In this document: piece by piece, positions 26,378 to 35,151 of the stretch
Position numbering within the stretch: position 1 is the stretch's first letter
Layout: every line of letters begins with the position of its first letter
Assembly (NCBI GenBank): GCA_013298625.1
Contig: JAAFIF010000032.1
Coordinates: 17,329-81,328 of the forward strand
Direction: 5' to 3'
Length of the DNA: 64,000 nt
Source: Myxococcales bacterium
Lineage (GTDB): Bacteria; Myxococcota_A; Polyangia; Polyangiales; Ga0077539
Made by a program: the position numbers and the translations under genes
Notes under the pieces: generated by a model
The model's input: the letters and a program-made list of their open reading frames with translations, nothing else
What the model was told of the DNA's origin: nothing
Databases searched by the model: none

Positions 26378-26873
26378 TCCGCTTGGGCATCTTCGATGCC
26401 CGTCGCGGGCGCGGTATAGTACCCAGCGCGCTCGCGGTGATCGAGCGTGATCCTCGCGGGGTGCGACTTGCGATCGAGCCCGAGCGCCGTCATCACCCCG
26501 AGCAGCACGCGATCGCGACGGTTGTTCAACGCGGGCGCAGCTCCCTTCGCAAAGCGCCGAACAAACGCAGAGTGCGTCGCCTTCACCTCTGCGACCGCTG
26601 CCTCGAAACTCGGTCGTCTACGATCCGCAGCGGCAGCTCTCGGACGCGGTGCTGCAGAGCTTCGCGCTCAACGCGGGACAGTACGAAGAGCTCGAACGAC
26701 CGTGGTTCGAGCCGTTGGACCTCGGCCTCGCGCTGTAGCAAGGGGCCTTCGAGGGACGCGAAGACACGTGGCTTCGTTGGATCGACGCGCAGGGTACGTG
26801 GATTCCAACCGGCGCCGAGCGCGCCGAGCGATTGGCCGAGCGGCTGCGCGCGCTCGGAATCGATCCCGAGTGA
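26378..26873 (+). pseudogene. Uma2-family (DUF820) endonuclease remnant: 5'-truncated, frameshifted, in-frame TAG
   Basis: The frame ending at TGA 26871-26873 reads VVYDPQRQLSDAVLQSFALNAGQYEELERPWFEPLDLGLAL*QGAFEGREDTWLRWIDAQGTWIPTGAERAERLAERLRALGIDPE, with TAG at 26736-26738. This is the typical Uma2 C-terminus with its extension. Upstream pieces lie in other frames (RGRGIVPSALAVIERDPRGVR; ITPSSTRS...FAKRRTNAECV). The boundaries are approximate. Confidence 0.5.
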
Positions 26874-27002
26874 TCGCGTGAATGTGTGGGGCACGCCGAG
26901 CACGAACGTGATCGCGTCGCCGAGGGGAGCGCGAAGAGCGCATGCAACGAGCGCGTTCGCTCTTCGCCAGGTTGCCCGCGCTCTTCGCCCGTCGCGCACG
27001 CA

Positions 27003-27111
27003 ATGCGCGGCGCGGTCGTGTCGGAGTGAGGGCGGCAACAAGGCGATGACCGATCGGGGCGCCAACGGCTGCCCCGTGCTCGTCCGACCGCCGTTGGATG
27101 TCCTATCCCCC
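27003..27111. repeat. hairpin repeat, copy E2 (long form)
   Basis: Direct repeat of 28892-29000. The 86-nt core (27023-27108) differs from E3 at 6 positions. Stem ccaacggc (27062-27069) pairs with gccgttgg (27090-27097). Confidence 0.8.
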
Positions 27112-27436
27112 ACCACAACGTGACTGATTCGAAGGCTCGCCGGCATCGTTGCGCGGTCGGGCATGCGATTGACGACGGTGCGCAACGATGCCGCGATCTG
27201 CGCGCTCGAGCTCGCCGGTCGCCGCGATCAAGTTCGACACCCGCAGCAACGTGCAGCATCGTGGTCGCCCAACTCAGTATCAGCAGTGAAAACAGGGGCG
27301 ATCGCAGCGTGCGGCGCCGCGGTGTAGTCGGCTCGATGGCCCTCTCGACGGGCGACTGCACGACGCCGCGTCCCCGCGCGCTGATCGTGCCGCTTCAGCC
27401 GCAGTGAATCCCGCAACCGGTCGCTCGATCCATCGC

Positions 27437-27796
27437 TCAGCCACCGCTGTTCGCGTCAAGCGAGACCCCTGCATCGACGCAGATTCCCTCGAACCGATAG
27501 CGGCGCGTCCTCGGGGTGCACGCGCCTTCGGGGTTCGAGAAGGTCTGCCCGTCGCAGCCGCAGAAAAACACGACCGACGCGTCCGCGCAGGTGTTGGGCG
27601 CGCACTGGTAGGTCGGCGCTCCGTCACAGCCGGGGGCGACGGCGCAGTACGTTCCGCCAGTGCACGCGCCGCCGCACGGGTCGCTCGGAATCGCGTCACT
27701 TGGGGTCGCGTCGCTCGGGGCCGCGTCGAGAGGTGCCGCGGTGGTGCAACCCTGCGTGGCGAAGACCGAAGCGAGCACGAAAATCAGGGACTGCAT
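27437..27796 (-). CDS. small Cys-rich lipoprotein
   Basis: ATG 27796 (MQSLIFVLASVFATQGC lipobox), in the frame of ORF 27437..27826. A PSDA linker is followed by 12 Cys (CGGACTGGTYCAVAPGCDGAPTYQCAPNTCADASVVFFCGCDG...). Confidence 0.6.
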   Translation of the reverse strand: MQSLIFVLASVFATQGCTTAAPLDAAPSDATPSDAIPSDPCGGACTGGTYCAVAPGCDGAPTYQCAPNTCADASVVFFCGCDGQTFSNPEGACTPRTRRYRFEGICVDAGVSLDANSGG

Positions 27797-27999
27797 GATC
27801 GTGGTTGGCGTCATGGGACCGGCCATAGCACTTCGTGAGCCAACGAGCGCTGCTGTCGAAACACTCTCGAACCACTGTCGAAGCGCTGTCAGCCTGGTCC
27901 CCTCGACTGCGCGCGTCTTGTGCCACCATCGTCGTCGCTACGACACTGCTGTCGCGTGCCCCTCTCGGTCCCATCGTTCACGCCGCATGAGAGGGCGTT

Positions 28000-28830
28000 G
28001 GAGTGCATTCGCAGGAGATCATGCGGCTCGCCGCAGCATGAGTTGGATCGACGCCAATTGCAGCATTGCGCGGCTTGATTCTGGCTTCCGTTCGTAGTCT
28101 TTCGACAGGCGCCTCGAGCGTCCAAGCCATGCGAAAGTCCGTTCGACGACCCACCGTTGAGGCAGTGGAACGAATTGATTCCGTGGTTCCGAGCGACGGA
28201 CGATGCGAAGCGCCATCCCGTTGTCGTTGGCCGCTTGCTGCAGCGGGAGACCGACGTAGGCGGAATCGGCCACCACCTCGACGAGCATCGGCTCGACGGC
28301 CTTGGCCTCCCGAAACAGCCTGGCGGCTGGCTGGGAGTCGTGCGTGTTCGCGGGGGTGATCGCGGTGACGATGGGAAGCCCCTCGCTGTCGACCACTGAT
28401 GTGCCGCTTTCTTCCCAGGATCTTTTTGTTGCCGTCGTAGCCGCGCGGACCGCCGCTCTCTGTGGTTTTCGCGGACTGGCTATCGACGATTGCGAGGCGC
28501 GCCGATGGGCCGCGTCCGGCGGCCCTTCTCGCATTTGGGCGGAGCGACTCCATGCTCTGGTCGAGCACGCCGTTGTCCCGCCACTGTTGAAAGTACTCGT
28601 AAACCGTCGACCAGTTGGGCAGGTCGTGCGGCATCATCCTCCGCGGAATTCCGGACCGCACGACGTACAGCAGTCCGTTCACGATCTCTCGTCGATCCAT
28701 GGGGTCTCGACCGGGGCTCGGCTTGGGAGCTGGCAGGAGATCACGCAGCAATTCCCACTGCTCGTCCGTCACATCGGTTGGGTACGAAGCTCGGCTCATC
28801 AACGCCTACGATGCCGCGTCTTTTCACTCC
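28000..28830 (-). mobile_element. IS5-family insertion sequence (ends approximate)
   Basis: It contains the transposase below. Both candidate ends carry GGAGTG (28000-28005, and cactcc at 28825-28830). The inverted repeats are weak and I saw no clear target duplication. Confidence 0.5.
28019..28802 (-). pseudogene. IS5-family DDE transposase split by a +1 frame change
   Basis: ORF 27978..28802 gives MSRASYPTDVTDEQWELLRDLLP...WSTVYEYFQQWRDNGV...IVDSQSAKTTESGGPRGYDGNKKILGRKRHI. ORF 28019..28534 continues SVVDSEGLPIVTAITPANTHDSQ...VVADSAYVG...RWVVERTFAWLGRSRRLSKDYE. Joining them at GRKRHI/SVVD needs a +1 shift. Confidence 0.8.
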
Positions 28831-28891
28831 GACAAGCTCTCAGTTTCGCCTGCAAAAGCAGAGGCGAACGCACGATGCGGCGCGGTGGACC

Positions 28892-29000
28892 GATCGCGGC
28901 GCGGTAGCAAAGGAGTGAGGGCGGAGACAAGGCGATGACCGATCGGGGCGCCAACGGCTGACGCGTGCTCGACCGACCGCCGTTGGATGGCCTATCCTCG
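28892..29000. repeat. hairpin repeat, copy E3 (long form)
   Basis: Stem ccaacggc (28951-28958) pairs with gccgttgg (28979-28986). It directly abuts the truncated 3' end of the DUF1624 remnant. Confidence 0.8.
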
Positions 29001-29229
29001 CCGTCCACGGCGAAGGGACTCCGTACACGTTGCCGATGCGCAGCGCGGAGAACAGCGCGACGCGCGACGCGCCGAGCGTGAGCAGCGTGCGATTTCGCTG
29101 GCGATCGGGCCGCTCGAACACCGGGCCGAGCGCGTAGCCGAGGGCCATCAGCGCCATCACCAGACCGCGCACACGGTCCAGCGAAGAGAGCCTCGGGCGC
29201 GCAGGGGAGTCGCTCGCGGGGTCGGTCAT
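28999..29229 (-). pseudogene. DUF1624 paralogue remnant (internal in-frame deletion plus 3' truncation)
   Basis: MTDPASDSPARPRLSSLDRVRGLVMALMAL|GYALGPVFERPDRQRNRTLL...NVYGVPSPWTA. It matches residues of 20739..21899 on both sides of a gap that corresponds to 516 nt of the intact gene. The ATG overlaps the upstream TGA (ATGA at 29227-29231). Confidence 0.8.
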
Positions 29230-30521
29230 CACGGGGCTCCGTCGACGCACAGCAAGAGCGCGGCGACGCGACGAAGGACAGGGTCGAGCGCGAAGCCGAG
29301 GGACTCGATGGCGCGCTCGCGTTCGCTCTTGTGCTCGGGCGGACGATCGAGGGCGAAGCGCATCGCCTCGCGGGTGGCCGAGCGCCAATAGACCACGGGG
29401 CCTCCGCGCGCTTCGCGGGCGAGCGACTCGGCCGCGAGGACGCTCGGCACATCTTCGCTCATCGCCTGCAACATCACTGACGGAATGGACATCAAGCTGG
29501 TGACTCCGCTGGCGTCGCGCAGGTCGCGCGCCGATCCGAGCATGGACCACTCGCGCGCGTCGCAGAGGTAGCGACGGCGCTCGTCGCTCAGCCACGAGAG
29601 CGGCAGCGCGCCCCGAGCGCACAACGCTTCGAGCGTGGCGCGCCACGGGTCCGGCCGAGCGCTGACAGCGCTGATCCAGACGGGCCGCGAGTGCGTCGGG
29701 GCCCGCGCGATCACCGCCGCTTCGATGCGCGCAAGCGTGGGCTCGAGCTGGCTGCGCGAACGCGTGTGCGTCAACGCGTGGCGCAGCGTGGCGATCTCGT
29801 CGTCCGAGAGCACGACGCCCGCGACGCCGCTGTGCGTCTCCCACCACGCATCAAACGACTCGACGACCTCCCCGATCATCCACGCTCGAAAGCACCGCCT
29901 GAGCTCGTACGCAGCGTCGACGCAGTACTCTCGTTCTGGTGCTGGAAACGGGATTCCCTGCTCGGACACGAGGACCTGCTCGCCGCGACCGTCTTCGGTC
30001 CACCGGCGAAAATCCCCGTGTTCGAGCGAGTAGAACGGAGCGTCGGCCCACGTCGAGCCCGCAAAGCGATCGAGCGGCTGCAAGATCGGGTGCTCTTCGA
30101 AGCGCACTCCAGGCATCGCGAGGCACTGGGCCTGCACGCTCGCGGGCAGCTCGTCGATGTGCGCGGGGTTCAGCGGGCGCGTCATGCGCTCGTAGAGCAA
30201 CGCGGTCTGGCGAAAGTCGACCTCGTGCGAGAACTCGTAGAAGCCCGAAGAGAACGGCGCGGGGTCGCCAGACTCGTAGAGTTCTCGGTTCCACCCTTCG
30301 TTCTCGATCACGAAGGGCCGCCGCTCGCCGAGCTCCGCCGTTTCGGCAGTGTTCTGCGTCGCGGCCGCGGGCACTCCGCCGCTCTCACCAGAGTCGAACG
30401 CAGCGACGTGGCCGTCGTCGTCGACCGCGAACCACGTCGTGTCCATGCTGTGCGCCGCGGCGAGCGCGCTCGGGGCGAGCAGGGTCCTCGGCCCTGCTTC
30501 GCGCTCGGTCCCAAAGTTCAC
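29229..30521 (-). CDS. hypothetical cytoplasmic protein
   Basis: 430-aa ORF with normal composition (FVIENEGWNRELYESGDPAPFSSGFYEFSHEVDFRQTALLYERM...). The start could be the internal MDTTWFAV. I recognised no family. Confidence 0.65.
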   Translation of the reverse strand: MNFGTEREAGPRTLLAPSALAAAHSMDTTWFAVDDDGHVAAFDSGESGGVPAAATQNTAETAELGERRPFVIENEGWNRELYESGDPAPFSSGFYEFSHEVDFRQTALLYERMTRPLNPAHIDELPASVQAQCLAMPGVRFEEHPILQPLDRFAGSTWADAPFYSLEHGDFRRWTEDGRGEQVLVSEQGIPFPAPEREYCVDAAYELRRCFRAWMIGEVVESFDAWWETHSGVAGVVLSDDEIATLRHALTHTRSRSQLEPTLARIEAAVIARAPTHSRPVWISAVSARPDPWRATLEALCARGALPLSWLSDERRRYLCDAREWSMLGSARDLRDASGVTSLMSIPSVMLQAMSEDVPSVLAAESLAREARGGPVVYWRSATREAMRFALDRPPEHKSERERAIESLGFALDPVLRRVAALLLCVDGAP

Positions 30522-30637
30522 GGCGCGAGTGTATGCGAGCCGAGGATGGACGCCAGAACCGCGCGTCTGGCGACGGACTCACGACGAGCGCGCGAGGCGC
30601 CGCGTGTGGTACTGCCAGCGGCAGAGGTAGACGAACG

Positions 30638-31228
30638 ATGCACGCGCGACGGAGCTTGGTTTGTGTGGTGGGGATGTTGTTGTCGCTGAGCGCGTGCGGC
30701 GCGCCTGCGTCGTCGAGCGACGCAGCGACCAGCGGCGACGCAGTGACCAGCGGCGACGCCGCGGCCGGGGAGGACGTGCGGATCGACGCAGCGACGACGA
30801 GCGACGCGGCCGTCGGCGCAGACGGCGCCCCCGACCCCGACGCTTCGATGTGCACGACTGTGCTCTCGGGGCCGGCGATCACGAGCACAACCACCATCGG
30901 CGAGCCCATGGCCACAGGCGGAACGATCGTCGACGGCGACTATCGCCTCGAGTCCGCGACCGCGTACGCGGGCGCGGGCGTGACGCCGCCGGCTCGAACG
31001 ATCGCGGGCGCGATTCGCTTTCGCGGCACCCAAGCAGAGCTGGTGCTCACCGAGCGCGGAGAGACCACGGCGGTCTCGGGCACCTTCAGCACATCGAGGA
31101 CCAACGTGAGCCTGACGTGGACGTGTCCGCGGCCGGCTCCTGCGCGGCGGTATCCGTACAACGCGACGGCGACGCGCTTCGAGTGGTTCTTGCCGCCCAA
31201 CATGATGCTGGTGTTCGTGAAGCAGTGA
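30638..31228 (+). CDS. lipoprotein, function unknown
   Basis: ATG 30638 lies in the frame of ORF 29939..31228. It has the lipobox MHARRSLVCVVGMLLSLSAC, an Asp/Ala-rich linker, then a globular domain. Confidence 0.65.
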   Translation: MHARRSLVCVVGMLLSLSACGAPASSSDAATSGDAVTSGDAAAGEDVRIDAATTSDAAVGADGAPDPDASMCTTVLSGPAITSTTTIGEPMATGGTIVDGDYRLESATAYAGAGVTPPARTIAGAIRFRGTQAELVLTERGETTAVSGTFSTSRTNVSLTWTCPRPAPARRYPYNATATRFEWFLPPNMMLVFVKQ

Positions 31229-31259
31229 CCGAGGCGCCTTCGCTACACTGAGTGGCACC

Positions 31260-31745
31260 ATGTACGAAACGACGCGCCGGGAGTCTCTCGCCGCCGCGGC
31301 GGTCTTCGCCGTCGTCGCATACGTCCTGAGCGGCTACTTCGATCAGACTGCAGCGGACATCACGTTGAGGCTTCGCCGCGATGGCGCCGTGGTGACGACG
31401 CGCGTGACGAGCCAACAGGAGCTCCGCTCGACCAGCGGGAGAGGCACCTCGCAGGAGCGCAGCGTGACGTGCGAGTCGATCCTCGACGGGCAGTTCGCGC
31501 AGGGCCCGGCGGTGCGCGTCACGCTGCACGAGTCGGGAAACTGCATGCGTCGCGAGGGATCGTCGATCGACGTCGTGGTGTCTCGCGCCGACACGAGCGT
31601 GTGGCAGCTGCGCGAGAACTTCGAAGCCCGCGACGCGAGAGGGCACAAGCCCTCTGAGCGCAAGACGCGCGTGGTGACGGCCTGCGTCGGAGGGCTCGTG
31701 ACAGGGATGCTGTACTTCATGATTCGCATCAAGAAGCGCGCGTAG
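31260..31745 (+). CDS. hypothetical membrane protein (N- and C-terminal TM segments)
   Basis: 161-aa ORF with TM segments LAAAAVFAVVAYVLSGYF and VVTACVGGLVTGMLYFMI. Confidence 0.55.
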   Translation: MYETTRRESLAAAAVFAVVAYVLSGYFDQTAADITLRLRRDGAVVTTRVTSQQELRSTSGRGTSQERSVTCESILDGQFAQGPAVRVTLHESGNCMRREGSSIDVVVSRADTSVWQLRENFEARDARGHKPSERKTRVVTACVGGLVTGMLYFMIRIKKRA

Positions 31746-31797
31746 CGCCGCACGCGAGAACCCCGAGCGCGGCCCGCTGGCTCTCAGCCACGAAGCC

Positions 31798-32730
31798 ATG
31801 CTTCGCTCTGCGCTCTTCGTCACCCTCGCGCTCTTCTCGCTCACGCCGTGGGCGTCCGCGCCGTTGGCGCTCGTCGCAGGGATCACCTTCGCGCTGCTCT
31901 TCGGCACGCCGTTCGCGGCGAAGGTGAAGGTCGCCCAGACGTGGCTGTTGCAAGCGTCGGTCGTGGGCCTCGGCGCAGCGACCAACCTCGCCGTCGTGCT
32001 GCGCGTCGGCGCGACCGGGGTGCGGCAGACCGCCGTGACCCTGGTCGCGGTGTTCGCGGTGGGAATGCTCCTCGCGCGATGGCTGCGCGTCCCTCGCACG
32101 ACGGCGCTGCTCATCGCCTCGGGCACCGCCATCTGCGGAGGCAGCGCCATTGCTGCGGTCGGCCCCGTGCTCAGCGCAAAACCGCAAGAGATGAGCGTCT
32201 CGCTCGCGGTGGTGTTTCTGCTCAACGCGCTGGCGCTGATGGTGTTTCCTGCGGTGGGCCACGGGCTCGCGCTCGATCAACACTCGTTCGGACTGTGGAG
32301 CGCGCTGGCCATCCACGACACCAGCTCGGTCGTCGGAGCCTCGATGCAGTTCGGCCCCGAGGCGCTCGCGACCGCCACGACCGTGAAGCTCGCGCGCGCG
32401 CTGTGGATCATCCCCGTGACGCTCGCGCTCTCGCGCTTCGCGCCCCGCCAAGAGGGCGCGCGCGGGCCCGCCAAGCGCCCGTGGTTCATCGCAGGGTTCG
32501 TGGCGATGGCGGCGATCGTGACCGTGTTTCCTTCGCTGGCGCCGATCGGACGCAGCATCGCCGCGATGAGCCGCTCGGCCCTGGTGCTCACGCTCTTTCT
32601 CATCGGCGCTGGCGTGTCCCGCGACGCGCTGCGCTCGGTCGGAGCGCGCCCGTTCGTGCTCGGCGTCGCGCTGTGGACGATCGTGTCCGCCGCGACGCTC
32701 GCGGCCATTCGCGCGGGGCTGCTCCGCTGA
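31798..32730 (+). CDS. YeiH/UPF0324-family putative sulfate exporter
   Basis: 310 aa and about 9 TM segments. LIASGTAICGGSAIAAV and ALAIHDTSSVVGA are characteristic of the YeiH family. Confidence 0.8.
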   Translation: MLRSALFVTLALFSLTPWASAPLALVAGITFALLFGTPFAAKVKVAQTWLLQASVVGLGAATNLAVVLRVGATGVRQTAVTLVAVFAVGMLLARWLRVPRTTALLIASGTAICGGSAIAAVGPVLSAKPQEMSVSLAVVFLLNALALMVFPAVGHGLALDQHSFGLWSALAIHDTSSVVGASMQFGPEALATATTVKLARALWIIPVTLALSRFAPRQEGARGPAKRPWFIAGFVAMAAIVTVFPSLAPIGRSIAAMSRSALVLTLFLIGAGVSRDALRSVGARPFVLGVALWTIVSAATLAAIRAGLLR

Positions 32731-32785
32731 GCGCGTTCTGTCAATCACACGGCGGTCACCGCGGGCGTCCACGAGCTCGCTTACA

Positions 32786-33931
32786 GTGCCCGACCACACG
32801 ATGGCAGAACCGCTGAAGCTCTTCTTCGACCGCGCGTTGGTGGGGCGAATCGCAGACTCGATCGCCGCCGCGCACCCTGGCTTCGCGCGCCGCTCGTTCG
32901 TGCGCGAAGCTACGGACGGGCTCGACGAGCTCGAACTCAAGGACCGCGCCAAGAAGATCTCCGACGCGATGGCCTCGCACCTGCCCGAGGACTTCGCCGA
33001 CGCCGCGCGGGTGCTCACCGCGTCGCTCGGCGCCAAGCACAAGAGCGACGAGCTCGAAGGCGCCGGAATGGAGCCGTTCTTCTACCTCCCACACACCATG
33101 TTCGTGGCCGAGCGCGGGCTCGATCACTTCGAAGAGTCAATGGCGCTTCAGCACGAGCTGACCCAGAGATTCACCTGTGAATTCTCGATCCGATCGTTTC
33201 TCGACCGACACCCCGAGGCCACCCTCGCGCGGCTCGCTCAGTGGACGATGGACCCGAGCCCGCACGTGCGACGGCTCGTGTCCGAAGGGACGCGACAGCG
33301 CCTTCCGTGGGCCCCTCGCGTGCGCCTGCTCGACGATCACCCCGAGCGCGCCCTCGCGCTCATCGAGGCCCTGCGGGACGACCCGAGCACCCTCGTCCGT
33401 CGCAGCGTGGCCAACCACCTCAACGACCTCACCAAGAGCCGCCCCGAGCTCGCCTACGCCGTCTGCGAACGGTGGCTCGCAGACGCGACGGTCGAGCGTC
33501 GCAAGCTCGTCGAGCACGCGCTGCGCAGCGCCGTGAAGCGCGCGGACAAGCGCGCCCTCGCGCTGCTCGGTCACGGCGAGAAGCCCAAGGTGAAGGTCGA
33601 AGACGTGCGGTTTTCTCCAGCGCGCGTCGCGATCGGCGAGAGCGTCCGCGTCGCGCTGTCCGTCAGAAGCACCGCGAGCGCGTCGCAGTCGCTCAACCTC
33701 GACCTCGCCGTGGACTTCGTGAAGCTGCGCGGCGTAAGCACCAAGGTGTTCAAGCTGCGTCGGGTCGAGCTCGGGCCGAAGGCTACGCTCGAGCTCGACA
33801 AGAGCGTCTCGCTCGCGGTGCACACCACGCGCACGCCCAACGTCGGCCGCCACGCGGTCGCGCTGCTCGTCAACGGGACGCGCGTCGAGCTCGGCGCGTT
33901 CGACGTCGTGGCCGCGAAGCGACGAGCATGA
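32786..33931 (+). CDS. DNA alkylation repair protein, AlkC-like (HEAT-like repeats plus C-terminal Ig-like domain)
   Basis: HVRRLVSEGTRQRLPWAPRV and DPSTLVRRSVANHLNDLTK match the AlkC/AlkD HEAT-like repeat family. The C-terminal 110 aa or so are beta-rich (VEDVRFSPARVAIGESVRVALSV...HAVALLVNGTRVELGAFDV). Confidence 0.75.
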   Translation: MPDHTMAEPLKLFFDRALVGRIADSIAAAHPGFARRSFVREATDGLDELELKDRAKKISDAMASHLPEDFADAARVLTASLGAKHKSDELEGAGMEPFFYLPHTMFVAERGLDHFEESMALQHELTQRFTCEFSIRSFLDRHPEATLARLAQWTMDPSPHVRRLVSEGTRQRLPWAPRVRLLDDHPERALALIEALRDDPSTLVRRSVANHLNDLTKSRPELAYAVCERWLADATVERRKLVEHALRSAVKRADKRALALLGHGEKPKVKVEDVRFSPARVAIGESVRVALSVRSTASASQSLNLDLAVDFVKLRGVSTKVFKLRRVELGPKATLELDKSVSLAVHTTRTPNVGRHAVALLVNGTRVELGAFDVVAAKRRA

Positions 33932-33981
33932 AGCGATCGACGCAGACCGCGCCATGACTCGCCCGTACACAAAAAACGGCG

Positions 33982-35151
33982 GTGATCTTCGTTGACGAGC
34001 GTCGCGCGCGCGAGGCAAACAGCGGCGCGACGACGCTCCGAATGCTGCAATCTTTCAAGGCAAGACAGCGATGGATCTCCGCGCTGCGCGAGGCGACGCT
34101 CGCGCTGATCGACGCCTCTGCGCCAGCGCCGCGGGGCGAGCAACCAGCTCGACCCAAGGACGACTTCGGAGCGCTCAAGCGCGAGGTGAGCGCCCTCGGA
34201 CTGCTGAGGCGAAGACCAAACTTGTACGTAGCGATCGTCGCGCGCACCTTCTCGATCGCGGCCGTCGCGTGGACCGCCCTCGCGCTCGCCCGCGGATCTT
34301 CGCTCGTGTGGCTCACGGCTCCGCTGCTCGCGTTCGCGTCGGGACAGCTCGTCTTGCTGGCGCACGACGCCTGTCACCACGCGGTGTTCGAGCGGCGCGA
34401 GGCGAACGACTGGCTCGGCCTGCTCGCGATCAACCTGCTCAACGGCGGGAGCTACACGTGGTGGACCGCCAGCCACAACGAGCACCACGCGCGGTCGAAC
34501 TACCGCGGGGCAGACCCAGACATCGAGTACCCCATGCTCGCGTTCGATCCTGCGCAGGCGGACGCGAAGCACCCGAGGTTCGAGCCGATCCTGGCCCGGC
34601 AGCACTGGCTATTGCCGCTGTTGCTCACTGGGGTCGCGCTCAACTTGAGGATCTACAGCGCAGCGAGGCTGCTCAGCGCGTCGGTCCGATGGCGCGAGCG
34701 CGTGGCGTTCGTCGCGCACTGGGTCGGGTATCCAGCGTTGCTCGTCGCGATGCTCGGCCCGTGGCGCGCGCTCGCGATGATGGTCCTGCACCAGGCGCTC
34801 TTCGGCGTCTACGTCGGCGCGATCACGATGAGCAACCACTGGGCCATGCCGATGCCCGAAGAGGGCTCGCTCGGCTTCGTCGAGCATCAGGTCAGCACCT
34901 CGCGCAACATCACGGGAGGCGCGCTCGCGGACCTCTGCTTCGGCGGACTCAACAAACAGATCGAGCATCATCTGTTTCCCTCGATGCCGCGGGTCAACCT
35001 GCGCCGGGCGACGCCGCTGGTGCGCGCGCACTGCGAGGCGCGAGAGATCGAGTACGTCGAGCGCTCGTTCACCGAGGCGGTTGTCGAGATCTACCGCGCG
35101 ATGCGCGGCGTCGCGCAGCATGTCCGCCGAACGCAGGAGTCGCGATCGTGA
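33982..35151 (+). CDS. membrane fatty-acid desaturase (front-end-type third His box)
   Basis: His boxes HDACHH, HNEHHA and QIEHHLFP. The start is uncertain: GTG 33982 or ATG 34042. Confidence 0.88.
   Translation: MIFVDERRAREANSGATTLRMLQSFKARQRWISALREATLALIDASAPAPRGEQPARPKDDFGALKREVSALGLLRRRPNLYVAIVARTFSIAAVAWTALALARGSSLVWLTAPLLAFASGQLVLLAHDACHHAVFERREANDWLGLLAINLLNGGSYTWWTASHNEHHARSNYRGADPDIEYPMLAFDPAQADAKHPRFEPILARQHWLLPLLLTGVALNLRIYSAARLLSASVRWRERVAFVAHWVGYPALLVAMLGPWRALAMMVLHQALFGVYVGAITMSNHWAMPMPEEGSLGFVEHQVSTSRNITGGALADLCFGGLNKQIEHHLFPSMPRVNLRRATPLVRAHCEAREIEYVERSFTEAVVEIYRAMRGVAQHVRRTQESRS

Noticed and set aside
26365-27185. Minus-strand ORFs 26365..26586 and 26583..27185, first read as a frameshifted gene because of high third-position GC.
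   Set aside because: The antisense frame that shares wobble positions has the same GC3. The plus strand gives a recognisable Uma2-type C-terminus (…ERAERLAERLRALGIDPE), while the minus-strand peptides match nothing I know.
27112-27436. Short ORFs between repeat E2 and the small lipoprotein gene (for example 27228..27416 (-) and 27120..27407 (+)).
   Set aside because: No frame gives a convincing protein or family match. The stretch is probably decayed sequence and is left unannotated.
27003-29000. E2 and E3 as attL/attR of a 1.9-kb integrated element.
   Set aside because: The repeats are only about 89% identical over 105 nt, with differences spread along them. No integrase is present. A third, shorter copy lies outside the pair. 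A dispersed repeat family fits better.
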